Assembly (NCBI RefSeq): GCF_051201565.1
Contig: NZ_CP179200.1
Coordinates: 1,230,001 to 1,262,000, forward strand
DNA: 32,000 bases
From: Pseudothioglobus sp. nBUS_23
GTDB taxonomy: Bacteria > Pseudomonadota > Gammaproteobacteria > PS1 > Pseudothioglobaceae
Reading direction: 5' to 3'
Shown: one piece after another, positions 9,755-18,603 of the stretch
Position numbering within the stretch: the stretch's first letter is position 1
Layout: each line of letters starts with the position of its first letter
The notes under the pieces: generated by a model
Seen by the model: only the letters and a program-made list of their open reading frames with translations
What the model was told of the DNA's origin: nothing
Database searches by the model: none
Program-made: the position numbers and the translations under genes

Positions 9755-9885
9755 AAATTTAAAAATAGCTAATTTAAAAAAAAGTATATCAACCTTAAAT
9801 AACTTTATTTATTTTTCTTTAAGTTATTTCGAAGAATTAAAACTTTAAGTATTATTAACGCTAATCACTTTGAAGCGATAAACAT

Positions 9886-10902
9886 ATGAAAGAGAAACTA
9901 TTAAACACTCCTATAAGTTTTCCAAATACTCTCCCTGAGGGATACTACTATCTTGAAGATGAGCCCGCTTATGATTCAAATATTCATCTAGAGCTTGAAC
10001 TCCCTAAAAAATCTTTCTCTCTTTCTGACTTAGGATATACCAAAGATGAGATAGAAAAGTGTCCTACAAGTTTTGGTGTTTCTGGTATCGCAAGGCTTTT
10101 GTCAGATGAAGGAGTTAGAGTTTTAATGCAGACTGCACAATCACTCAGAAAATTTTCTTCGAGTGGGGGAGAGAGGATTCAATATTTACTTCGTGGGTGT
10201 GTATATCGATCTAGATTTTTAAGGGACTTATGCTTGTGTCCGAAAGTGAGTGAATTCTTATCTGAGATCTATGGTATTCCAGTAGCGCCTCACTCTGTAC
10301 CCCTTCATCTTGGGCACTTTAACTTTGCCCCAGACGACCTGAGTCGTGCAGTTGACAAGTGGCATACTGATACTATTGGACTTGATTATGTGATGATGGT
10401 ATCTGACCCAAATAAACAGATTGGGGGTCAATTTCAGTATTTCCTTGGCACAAAGAAAGAGGCTCAAGAGATTAAAGACAGCAATCAATCTATGCCAGAA
10501 GACAGGATTATTAGTCCTCATTTCCCTGGGCCCGGCTATATTATTGTATTACAAGGAAATATGGTGGTTCATAGAGGTGCTAAACTAAAAGAGCCTTATG
10601 ATAGAGTAACAATGGTTAATGCCTATGTTCCATTGGGATTAGACTCAAGCGATCCATCAAGATTTTCTGATGTTAAAACCGTTGACCCTCATCAGCTACT
10701 ATTTCCGGAATGGGCTCGTCACAAAGCCTGGTTATCCCGCGGCAAATTAAATCGTCTTATTGAAGAGCTACCTTTCACTGATGACAAAGACCTAATTATT
10801 AGTGAACTAAAAAATGCGATCAGCGATGTTGAAACTGCAATCAGCGATCTCTCTGAAAGTGGCTCTGGTGAACAAAATTTTTATGGAGATTTAGAACAAT
10901 AA
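9886..10902 (+). CDS. Hypothetical protein; putative Fe(II)/2-oxoglutarate-dependent dioxygenase (TauD/TfdA-like motifs)
   Basis: KWHTDTIGLDYV (HxD), a distal LQGNMVVHRGA..DRVTM (His plus Arg) and GGQFQYF resemble the TauD-type facial triad context. The acidic helical C-terminal ~70 aa has no obvious match. The ORF is clean and followed by a terminator. Confidence 0.6.
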   Translation: MKEKLLNTPISFPNTLPEGYYYLEDEPAYDSNIHLELELPKKSFSLSDLGYTKDEIEKCPTSFGVSGIARLLSDEGVRVLMQTAQSLRKFSSSGGERIQYLLRGCVYRSRFLRDLCLCPKVSEFLSEIYGIPVAPHSVPLHLGHFNFAPDDLSRAVDKWHTDTIGLDYVMMVSDPNKQIGGQFQYFLGTKKEAQEIKDSNQSMPEDRIISPHFPGPGYIIVLQGNMVVHRGAKLKEPYDRVTMVNAYVPLGLDSSDPSRFSDVKTVDPHQLLFPEWARHKAWLSRGKLNRLIEELPFTDDKDLIISELKNAISDVETAISDLSESGSGEQNFYGDLEQ

Positions 10903-10946
10903 ATTTTGCTAGTAATTATTTATTGATGAATCATTTTCATTTGGAC

Positions 10947-10974
10947 AAAAAAAAGGCGCAAACAGCGCCTTTTT
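10947..10974. terminator. Bidirectional rho-independent terminator
   Basis: AAAAAAAA-GGCGC-aaaca-GCGCC-TTTTT lies between the convergent dioxygenase-like gene and hupB. The A-run and T-run allow it to function on both strands. Confidence 0.8.
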
Positions 10975-10995
10975 CAAAGAAACAATATAACTTAA

Positions 10996-11268
10996 TTAGT
11001 TACATGCATCTTTCAATGCTTTACCAGCTTTGAAGGCTGCCACATTAGAAGCTTTAATCTGAATAGTTGCTCCAGTTTGTGGGTTACGGCCAGTGCGAGC
11101 TGCACGGCTTCTAACTACAAAGCTACCGAATCCAGTAAGCTGAACTCCATCACCACTAGCCATCGCTGAAGTGATTGCGCCTGTAGTGGCGTTTAGTGCT
11201 CTAGCAGCATCTGCTTTAGATAAATTTGCACCTGAAGCGATTGCATCAATTAATTCTGATTTATTCAT
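10996..11268 (-). CDS. hupB: DNA-binding protein HU
   Basis: [38 protein letters not shown] is near-identical in pattern to HU-beta. ATG 11268 follows a GGAGAG SD. The upstream ATG 11283 is part of that SD. Confidence 0.93.
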   Translation of the reverse strand: MNKSELIDAIASGANLSKADAARALNATTGAITSAMASGDGVQLTGFGSFVVRSRAARTGRNPQTGATIQIKASNVAAFKAGKALKDACN

Positions 11269-11447
11269 TTTAATTCTCTCCAATAAAAGTTTGTTAAAAA
11301 AAAAGATAGAGCGGAAGAGGTAACTTTTACACCTATTTCAGGAGGAAAGAATCAAAAGAAACCATCTGCCTCCAACGCTGTACCTAATGTTTATTGTACT
11401 ATCAAAATAATGCTATTTGAAAAATAATTTAAAAAAAATATAATAAT

Positions 11448-11924
11448 TTATCGATTACTTTCCTTTAGAGCTCTAGCTTTGTCTAATTTCCAATCTCTTT
11501 CCTTAATATCTTGTCTCTTGTCATGAGATTTTTTACCCTTAGCAACTCCAATTTCTAACTTAACCTTGCCTCTAGCCCAATACAATTTTAAAGGAACAAC
11601 TGTAGCTCCTTTTTGCGTAATCTTTTCTCGAAGTCTGTTGATTTCAAGCTTATTAAGAAGGAGCTTTCTAGTCCTAATTGGATCACAATCTACATGACTT
11701 GATGCAGACCTTAATGGCGAAATATGTGCACCAAATAGAAAGAGTTCATTATTTTTATAAATCACATAACTCTCTTTTATCTGAACTTTATTCTCCCTCA
11801 AGCTTTTAACTTCCCAGCCAAGCAAACTAAGGCCAGCCTCGAGACTTTGTTCGATAAAATAGTCATGCCTTGCTTTTTTATTCAAGGCAATAGTATTTGA
11901 ATTATCTTTTTTATTTTTTGCCAT
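11448..11924 (-). CDS. smpB: SsrA-binding protein
   Basis: [38 protein letters not shown] matches SmpB. Start chosen at ATG 11924 by N-terminal agreement with known SmpB. The track ORF extends to 11993. Confidence 0.93.
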   Translation of the reverse strand: MAKNKKDNSNTIALNKKARHDYFIEQSLEAGLSLLGWEVKSLRENKVQIKESYVIYKNNELFLFGAHISPLRSASSHVDCDPIRTRKLLLNKLEINRLREKITQKGATVVPLKLYWARGKVKLEIGVAKGKKSHDKRQDIKERDWKLDKARALKESNR

Positions 11925-12354
11925 GCATCGTATTTCAAAAAGTGCAATAGTTCCATACTCACCCCAGCAAATGTTTGAGCTGGTCAATAACATTAATGAC
12001 TACTCAAATTTCCTCAACTGGTGTGACTCTTCATCTATTTTAAATGAAACTGGCAATCAAGTTACTGCCTCGGTTGAGATAAATAAAAGTGGATTCAAGC
12101 AAACCTTCACTACTAATAATACATTGATGCCTTTTGAATCGATAAAGATGCAACTACTTGATGGACCATTTGATGAGCTCTTCGGAGAATGGCGCTTTGA
12201 AAGTCTTGGGGATAGTGCAGCAAAGGTTTATTTAGATCTTGAGTTTAGTTTCAAATCTAGAATTGCTGATATGACAATGTCTCCATTATTTAAAAGTATT
12301 GCAAATTCACAGTTAGATGCATTTGTGGAGAGGGCAAAACAAATTTATGGCTAA
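11923..12354 (+). CDS. ratA: SRPBCC/START-fold protein RatA (Coq10-like, ubiquinone-binding / ribosome association toxin family)
   Basis: [34 protein letters not shown] parallels the RatA/YfjG N-terminus. It keeps the conserved divergent position next to smpB. Confidence 0.85.
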   Translation: MHRISKSAIVPYSPQQMFELVNNINDYSNFLNWCDSSSILNETGNQVTASVEINKSGFKQTFTTNNTLMPFESIKMQLLDGPFDELFGEWRFESLGDSAAKVYLDLEFSFKSRIADMTMSPLFKSIANSQLDAFVERAKQIYG

Positions 12355-12877
12355 GGTCGTCGCCTTCAATAAACCTTTTGGAGTTATATGTCAGTTTAGT
12401 GGTGAAGGAGATACTTTAGCTAATTACATAAATATTCCAAACATATATCCAGTAGGAAGATTAGACAAAGACTCTGAGGGGCTTGTCATATTAACTAATG
12501 ATGGCAAGCTTCAAAATAAAATTTCTAATCCAAAAAGTAATAAAACTAAAACCTACCTTGTTCAGCTGGATGGAGATATAACCAAAGAGGCGATAAATGA
12601 TCTTAAAGCTGGAGTTGTACTAAAAGATGGGTTAACAAAACCCGCTTTTGTAAAAAAAATACATCAGCCTGAATGGCTCTGGGATAGAACGCCCCCAGTT
12701 CGAAAAAGGATACTCATTCCCACATCTTGGATTGAAATCTCTATCACTGAAGGTAGAAATAGACAGGTTCGTAGAATGACAGCAAATGTTGGGTTTCCAA
12801 CATTACGATTAATAAGAATACAAATCGATAAATGGAAACTAGCAAGCATTAAGGTGGGCTCCTATGTCTCTCTTTAA
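12347..12877 (+). CDS. rluE: 23S rRNA pseudouridine synthase E (RsuA/RluE family)
   Basis: ..FNKPFGVICQFS..GRLDKDSEGL (catalytic Asp)..PEWLWDRTPPVRKR..IPTSWIEISITEGRNRQVRRMTA..GFPTLRLIR. ATG 12347 overlaps the ratA stop (ATGGCTAA). Confidence 0.85.
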   Translation: MAKVVAFNKPFGVICQFSGEGDTLANYINIPNIYPVGRLDKDSEGLVILTNDGKLQNKISNPKSNKTKTYLVQLDGDITKEAINDLKAGVVLKDGLTKPAFVKKIHQPEWLWDRTPPVRKRILIPTSWIEISITEGRNRQVRRMTANVGFPTLRLIRIQIDKWKLASIKVGSYVSL

Positions 12878-13673
12878 AGACTCATATTATGCACTAACCT
12901 GCGATGATCCAAATGAGAAGGTACTGCTAACTAAAAAACTAATCAAATACCAAAAAAAGGAAATAGGGCCGACATGTGAAGTAAAGAAAATACTATCTCC
13001 TGGGCGCCCATTAAAGCCAAAATTAGTCAGCTTCAATGGCGCTCCTAAAAGAGACAAGTCAGATCTTGGCATGATTAAAAATATTCATGCCATTTGTCAT
13101 ATTGAATTTAATGCAATTAATTTAGCTCTTGATGCGATTTACAGATTCCAAAACATGCCTCATCAATACTATCTTGACTGGATTAAGGTGGCAACTGAAG
13201 AGTCATATCACTTTTCACTTCTTAAAGAACATTTAGAGCAGCTTGACTATCATTATGGAGACTTTGATGCGCACAATGGATTATGGCAAATGTCCATAGA
13301 TACGGACTATGATGTATTAGCAAGAATGGCTCTTGTTCCAAGGGTTTTAGAAGCGAGAGGGTTAGATGTAACTCCTAGCATTAGAAAAAAATTTAGTGGA
13401 TCAAAATTCACTAGAATGGTTCACATATTGGATATTATCTTTGAAGATGAGATCGGGCATGTAAAGATTGGTAATTATTGGTATAGGTATCTATGCAACA
13501 AGAGAGGTATTGATCCAGTCCAAACATTTGATGAACTTATAAAAAAACACATTGGATCAAATTTGAGAGGTCCATTCAATATCGAAGCAAGGCTACTTTC
13601 AGATTTTAGTCGAGATGAATTAGAATATTTAGAGCACCCTGAGCGACTTGAACTTAACCAATCTCATCCATAG
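12864..13673 (+). CDS. DUF455 ferritin-like (di-iron carboxylate) domain protein, function unknown
   Basis: Candidate di-iron ligand motifs are visible: [18 protein letters not shown] (ExxH), LEARG and FEDEIGH (ExxH). A GGTGG SD sits 7 nt upstream. It overlaps rluE (14 nt) and rnhA (20 nt). Confidence 0.75.
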   Translation: MSLFKDSYYALTCDDPNEKVLLTKKLIKYQKKEIGPTCEVKKILSPGRPLKPKLVSFNGAPKRDKSDLGMIKNIHAICHIEFNAINLALDAIYRFQNMPHQYYLDWIKVATEESYHFSLLKEHLEQLDYHYGDFDAHNGLWQMSIDTDYDVLARMALVPRVLEARGLDVTPSIRKKFSGSKFTRMVHILDIIFEDEIGHVKIGNYWYRYLCNKRGIDPVQTFDELIKKHIGSNLRGPFNIEARLLSDFSRDELEYLEHPERLELNQSHP

Positions 13674-14091
13674 CTTGATTCGCTAAAAGATCTGCCATAT
13701 CGTTTCCAGGATCATCGCTATGGCCTTTTACCCAGTGCCAGTTGACATGATATTTTTTATTGAGAACGTCTAATTGCTTCCAAAGTTCAACATTTTTGAC
13801 TGGCTTTTTATTTGCAGTTCTCCAGTCTTTTGATTTCCACCCCTTAATCCACTCATTGATCCCCTGAATCACATATTTCGAGTCAGTATATAAGTCAACA
13901 GAAATGTCGCTTGATTTAAGAGCCTCCAAGGCCTTAATGGCTGCAGTAAGCTCCATTTTATTGTTCGTAGTATTCTGCTCAGCTCCTTTGAGCTTTTTAT
14001 CATGATCTTTGTATCGAAGCCACACGCCCCATCCACCCACGCCAGGGTTTCCTCGGCAACCACCATCTGTATAAATTACAATCTTATCCAC
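13654..14091 (-). CDS. rnhA: Ribonuclease HI
   Basis: ..[45 protein letters not shown]: the full DEDD catalytic pattern. GTG start at 14091. Confidence 0.93.
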   Translation of the reverse strand: MDKIVIYTDGGCRGNPGVGGWGVWLRYKDHDKKLKGAEQNTTNNKMELTAAIKALEALKSSDISVDLYTDSKYVIQGINEWIKGWKSKDWRTANKKPVKNVELWKQLDVLNKKYHVNWHWVKGHSDDPGNDMADLLANQAMDEIG

Positions 14092-14094
14092 AAG

Positions 14095-15867
14095 CTAGTT
14101 ATCTAAATTAATCTGAAACCAATATTCAAGAAGTGCTAAGTGCCATAATCTTGAGCCATTTAACGCGGTCATATATTCTCTCGGTGAGTCAATTACCTTT
14201 TGAATGTATTGCTCATCAAAAACTCCCCTACTCCTGCAAGCGCTTGACAAGAGTATATCAGACATAAATTCTAGGAATTCTCCTTGAATATACTTAAGAG
14301 CTGGCATTGGGAAATAACCTTTTTTTCGGTCAATCACTGACTTTGGTAATAGACTTCTTGATATTTTCTTTAGTGGATACTTGCCTTCCTCTCTCATTTT
14401 CAATGAAGGGGGTATACTTAATGCCCACTCAACTAGCTCCGTATCCATAAAGGGTACTCTAGCCTCAAGGCCCCATGCCATTGTCATATTATCAACTCGC
14501 TTCACTGGATCATCAACTATCAGACGAGTCATATCTGTCCTGAATACCTTATCAATAAAAGAGTCGGTCCCGGGCTTGGAAAACTCCTTATTGAGCCAAT
14601 TATGCGTATGATTTTCACCGCGATATTTAGATGCTACTGTTTTTAAGTATTCTTTATGGGGCCTATCAACATAGTGTTTTGAAAAACGATCTATCTCATT
14701 CCCATGTTCATCTGCCATTCTGGGATACCAAAAATAACCTGCAAAAGCTTCGTCAGCACCTTGACCAGAAAGAACAACTTTGGTGTGTTTTGAGACCTGC
14801 TCTGAGAGCAAATAAAATGCAACTGCATCTTGACCAACCATTGGCTCAGCCATATTTAATACTGCCTCAGACAACCTTGGAAGGACCTCTTGATTGCTCA
14901 CTTTGTATTTCTTATGTTCTGTTTTAAATCTAGATACAATTTGATCTGAGTATTCAAACTCACTGCCAGCCTCATCATCAATATCTTCAAAACCAATGGA
15001 GAAGGTTCTAATTCTTTCATGTCCAGCCTCTTTAAGGAGTGCAACAATTAAGGACGAATCAAGACCACCAGAAAGAAGAACACCAATTGGGACATCAGAG
15101 GCATTCATTCTTTTAGTGACTGCAGCAGTCAATAGTTCATGAGTTCTCTCGATATATTCCTCATTACTAACCTCGCGATCTGGTCTCTTAGCATTTGGGC
15201 TCCAGTATGTTTTTTCTTGGATTTGACCATCAGATTTCAGAATCATATAGCTTCCGGGCTTTAGCTTTTGAATGCCCTTAATGATTGTATTTGGTGCTGG
15301 CACGACTCCATGAAGAGATAGCTGTTGTTGAAGTGCAATAGGATTGACACTCCTATCAATTTCTTGTGTTAAAAGAGCCTGTGAATTTGATGCAAAAGTA
15401 AATGCTTTTGAAGTAGAGTTAAAGTAGAGTGGCTTGATACCCATTCTATCCCTAGCAACAAATAATTTTTTATTAGTATGCTCCCAAATAGCAAAAGCAA
15501 ACATACCATCTAAATGCTCCAGACAGTTTTCACCCCAGAAGTGGTATGCCTTGATAATAACCTCAGTGTCTGAATGAGAGAAAAAATTATAGCCCTTCTT
15601 TAATAATTGTGCTCGAAGTGACTTGTAGTTATATATTGTTCCATTAAAGACAAGGGTAAGTTCAAGCTTGTCATCAACCATTGGCTGAGAACCATAGCTA
15701 GATAAATCAATAATGCTCAATCGTTGATGTCCAAAACCAATGTGCTGAGCACTCCATTGTCCACTTGAATCAGGGCCTCGTCTTGCTAGCTTTGACATCA
15801 TTTTATCGAGTGACTCTGATGAGACTTCTTTTCCATCAAATCGAAACTGACCACAGATACCACACAT
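14095..15867 (-). CDS. asnB: Asparagine synthase (glutamine-hydrolysing) family amidotransferase
   Basis: N-terminal nucleophile MCGICG (the start must be the Met preceding Cys, ATG 15867) and PP-loop SGGLDSS. The exact physiological product (Asn versus another amide) is not inferable. Confidence 0.85.
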   Translation of the reverse strand: MCGICGQFRFDGKEVSSESLDKMMSKLARRGPDSSGQWSAQHIGFGHQRLSIIDLSSYGSQPMVDDKLELTLVFNGTIYNYKSLRAQLLKKGYNFFSHSDTEVIIKAYHFWGENCLEHLDGMFAFAIWEHTNKKLFVARDRMGIKPLYFNSTSKAFTFASNSQALLTQEIDRSVNPIALQQQLSLHGVVPAPNTIIKGIQKLKPGSYMILKSDGQIQEKTYWSPNAKRPDREVSNEEYIERTHELLTAAVTKRMNASDVPIGVLLSGGLDSSLIVALLKEAGHERIRTFSIGFEDIDDEAGSEFEYSDQIVSRFKTEHKKYKVSNQEVLPRLSEAVLNMAEPMVGQDAVAFYLLSEQVSKHTKVVLSGQGADEAFAGYFWYPRMADEHGNEIDRFSKHYVDRPHKEYLKTVASKYRGENHTHNWLNKEFSKPGTDSFIDKVFRTDMTRLIVDDPVKRVDNMTMAWGLEARVPFMDTELVEWALSIPPSLKMREEGKYPLKKISRSLLPKSVIDRKKGYFPMPALKYIQGEFLEFMSDILLSSACRSRGVFDEQYIQKVIDSPREYMTALNGSRLWHLALLEYWFQINLDN

Positions 15868-15998
15868 AAAATTAGCCCTAAAGTTAAAATTTAAAATAAA
15901 TGCATTACTCAAAATAGAGATATTTGATAACTATTTCTGTAATGTGGGTTATTTTAAAAAATGTAAAATAGTCATTTTATCAAGTATTACTAATCAAA

Positions 15999-17402
15999 AT
16001 GCCTCAAACACTATACGACAAACTAATGAGTGCGCACAAGGTTTTAGAGCAAGATGGATCAACGCTCATTTATATTGATCGTCAATTAATCCATGAAGTG
16101 ACCTCTCCACAAGCTTTTGAAGGACTCTCTTTAGCTGATAGAAAAATTTGGCGCAATAAGTCTAATCTTGCGGTTCCAGATCATAATGTGCCGACTACAG
16201 ACAGATCAAGTGGTGTGAGTAGTATTTCTGATCCCGTTTCTAGACTTCAGGTTGAAACTTTAGATAAAAACTGTGAAGCATTCGGTATCAATGAAATTCA
16301 CATGAACGATATTCGCCAAGGCATTGTTCATGTTATTGGCCCAGAGCAAGGTGCGACTTTGCCAGGAATGAGTATAGTTTGTGGGGACTCACACACCACA
16401 ACTCATGGAGCTCTTGGAGCACTAGCATTTGGAATAGGTACTTCTGAAGTAGAGCATGTTCTTGCAACAGGCTGCCTTTGGCAAAATAAAGCAAAGAATA
16501 TGAAAATAGAGATTAATGGAGAGTTGGCTAGTAATGTCAGCGCCAAAGATCTCGCGCTGTATGTTATTGGAAAAATTGGTACTGCTGGCGGAACAGGTTT
16601 TGCTATAGAGTTTTGTGGAAATACTATTGAAGAGATGAGCATAGAGGGAAGAATGACTCTGTGTAATATGTCTATCGAGGCTGGAGCAAAAGTAGGGCTT
16701 GTTGCAGTTGATGAAAAGACACTTGAATATGTGAAAGGCAGACCTTTTTCTCCGACAGGAGACACCTGGAATTCAGCTCTAGAATATTGGAAGACTCTTC
16801 ATAGTGACCCAGAATCTCATTTTGATGATTCGATCTTTATTGATGCGAATCAAATAAAACCTCAGGTCACATGGGGAACCTCACCTGAAATGGTTGTTGA
16901 TATTCATGGCTCCACGCCAGATCCAAAACTTGAAAAAGATGAAGTCAAGGCAGAAAGTATCCGTAATGCGCTCAAGTATATTCACCTAGAACCAAATACT
17001 TTAATGAGTTCGGTAGAAATAGATAAGGTTTTTATTGGATCCTGCACAAACTCAAGAATTGAGGATTTGAGAGCTGCTGCTGATGTTGCAAAAGGCAAGA
17101 AAATTGCTAAAAACGTTAAATTAGCTCTTGTTGTTCCTGGATCCGGGCTTGTAAAAAAGCAAGCTGAAGAGGAGGGTCTTGATCAAATTTTTAAAGATGC
17201 TGGCTTTGAGTGGAGAGAGCCAGGTTGCTCTATGTGCCTTGCAATGAATGCAGACAAACTTGAACCAGGAGAAAGATGTGCGAGCACTTCTAATCGAAAC
17301 TTCGAGGGTCGACAAGGCCAAGGCTCATTTACACACCTTGTAAGTCCATCAATTGCTGCTGCAACAGCAATAGCTGGGCGTTTTTCAGGAGTAGATGCAT
17401 GA
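15999..17402 (+). CDS. leuC: 3-isopropylmalate dehydratase large subunit
   Basis: [48 protein letters not shown], the aconitase-family Fe-S ligands. Confidence 0.96.
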   Translation: MPQTLYDKLMSAHKVLEQDGSTLIYIDRQLIHEVTSPQAFEGLSLADRKIWRNKSNLAVPDHNVPTTDRSSGVSSISDPVSRLQVETLDKNCEAFGINEIHMNDIRQGIVHVIGPEQGATLPGMSIVCGDSHTTTHGALGALAFGIGTSEVEHVLATGCLWQNKAKNMKIEINGELASNVSAKDLALYVIGKIGTAGGTGFAIEFCGNTIEEMSIEGRMTLCNMSIEAGAKVGLVAVDEKTLEYVKGRPFSPTGDTWNSALEYWKTLHSDPESHFDDSIFIDANQIKPQVTWGTSPEMVVDIHGSTPDPKLEKDEVKAESIRNALKYIHLEPNTLMSSVEIDKVFIGSCTNSRIEDLRAAADVAKGKKIAKNVKLALVVPGSGLVKKQAEEEGLDQIFKDAGFEWREPGCSMCLAMNADKLEPGERCASTSNRNFEGRQGQGSFTHLVSPSIAAATAIAGRFSGVDA

Positions 17403-18013
17403 AAAAATTTACTCCTATAAACTCCATTGCAATGCCGCTTGACCGTGCTAATATCGACACAGATGCTATCATTCCAAAACAGTTTCTAAAGTCCATCAAA
17501 AGAAGTGGCTTTGGACCAAATTTATTTGATGAATGGCGCTATTTAGATCATGGAGAGCCAGGCATGGATAATACTAAACGTCCAATAAATCCTGAATTTG
17601 TCTTAAATGATCCAAAGTTCAAGGGTGCACAAATTCTTCTCACTCGTCGAAATTTTGGATGTGGGTCTTCAAGGGAACATGCTCCATGGGCGCTTGATGA
17701 TTATGGCTTTAGGGCAATCATTGCTCCAAGTTTTGCTGATATATTCTATAACAATTGTTTTAAGAATGGTCTTCTTCCCATTATCCTCAGCAATGAAATT
17801 GTTGATAAATTATTTAACTATAGTGGAAAAATATCTATAGATTTAATCAATCAAGCAGTTGAAACAAACGATGAATCCTATAGTTTTGAGGTCGATCCAG
17901 AGAGAAAGAGAAGACTCATAAACGGTTTAGATGATATTGGGTTAACATTACAGCATGAGGATCAGATTCGTGCATTTGAAAAAGAGCATTTTGCTAAGTT
18001 TACCTGGTTATGA
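17399..18013 (+). CDS. leuD: 3-isopropylmalate dehydratase small subunit
   Basis: ..[27 protein letters not shown]... ATGA overlap with leuC and an AGGAG SD. Confidence 0.95.
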   Translation: MKKFTPINSIAMPLDRANIDTDAIIPKQFLKSIKRSGFGPNLFDEWRYLDHGEPGMDNTKRPINPEFVLNDPKFKGAQILLTRRNFGCGSSREHAPWALDDYGFRAIIAPSFADIFYNNCFKNGLLPIILSNEIVDKLFNYSGKISIDLINQAVETNDESYSFEVDPERKRRLINGLDDIGLTLQHEDQIRAFEKEHFAKFTWL

Positions 18014-18603
18014 TTGGTCATCTTAAAGGCAGAATTATAAGTAAGAACCCGCCTGAGGTCCTTATCGAAGTTGAAGGGATTGGATATGAAGTCCTCTGCC
18101 CAATGTCAACCTTCTATGAGTTAGATAATTTGTCTGAAGATGTTTTAATATATACCCATCTCAGTATTAAAGAGGATGCTCATACTTTGTTTGGTTTCAT
18201 TACAAAAGATGAAAAGAGCGTTTTTAGAGAATTAATCAGAGTTAATGGTGTGGGACCAAAGGTTGCACTTGCGATCCTATCAAACCTGAGTGTTCACTCT
18301 CTGGTTGAGTGCATTTCTTCAGAGGACGCTGATTTGCTAGCTAAGACTCCTGGAATTGGCAAAAAGACTGCTCTCAAACTAATAGTTGAACTACAAGATC
18401 GACTGAGCAAACTTGAGCTAGCTGGCAATATGAACAAATCTCCTGACTTAAAGCAGGGCTCAAATCCAAATTCTAAACAGGCCATTGAAGCACTTCAATC
18501 ACTTGGCTTTAAAGCTAAAGAGGCTAACAGAATGGTTTCAAAAATTGAAGATCAGAATCTCACTACTGAGCAGATAATACGACTTGCCCTTCAAAATAAA
18601 TAG
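18010..18603 (+). CDS. ruvA: Holliday junction branch-migration complex subunit RuvA
   Basis: [15 protein letters not shown].. with HhH motifs [12 protein letters not shown] and [12 protein letters not shown] overlap with the leuD stop. Confidence 0.93.
   Translation: MIGHLKGRIISKNPPEVLIEVEGIGYEVLCPMSTFYELDNLSEDVLIYTHLSIKEDAHTLFGFITKDEKSVFRELIRVNGVGPKVALAILSNLSVHSLVECISSEDADLLAKTPGIGKKTALKLIVELQDRLSKLELAGNMNKSPDLKQGSNPNSKQAIEALQSLGFKAKEANRMVSKIEDQNLTTEQIIRLALQNK

Noticed and set aside
9797-9829. A 9-bp inverted repeat (AAATAACTT, 15 nt, AAGTTATTT) in the divergent promoter region between the FAD oxidoreductase and the dioxygenase-like gene, considered as a possible operator.
   Set aside because: The arms are almost pure A/T in a very AT-rich spacer, so chance occurrence is plausible, and no adjacent regulator gene supports it. 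It is mentioned only as context for the gene-pair finding.
11269-11447. Looked for ssrA (tmRNA) immediately downstream of smpB, as in E. coli and many other bacteria.
   Set aside because: Only 179 bp separate smpB from hupB, which is too short for a ~360-nt tmRNA. I find neither a tRNA-like 3' end (..GGTTCGAATCC..CCACCA type) nor the 5' GGGGCTGA motif. The region most likely just holds the hupB promoter.
11867-11890. A 7-bp inverted repeat TGCCTTG, 10 nt, CAAGGCA just inside smpB, considered as a regulatory hairpin for the overlapping divergent starts.
   Set aside because: It falls on the conserved ALNKKAR codons of SmpB and can be explained by coding constraints. There is no flanking U-tract.
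15868-15998. Searched upstream of leuC for a leucine leader peptide or attenuator, and upstream of dxs (3033-3209) for a TPP riboswitch.
   Set aside because: Upstream of leuC there is no run of Leu codons and no terminator/antiterminator pairing. Upstream of dxs there is no CUGAGA/ACCUGA-type TPP core.
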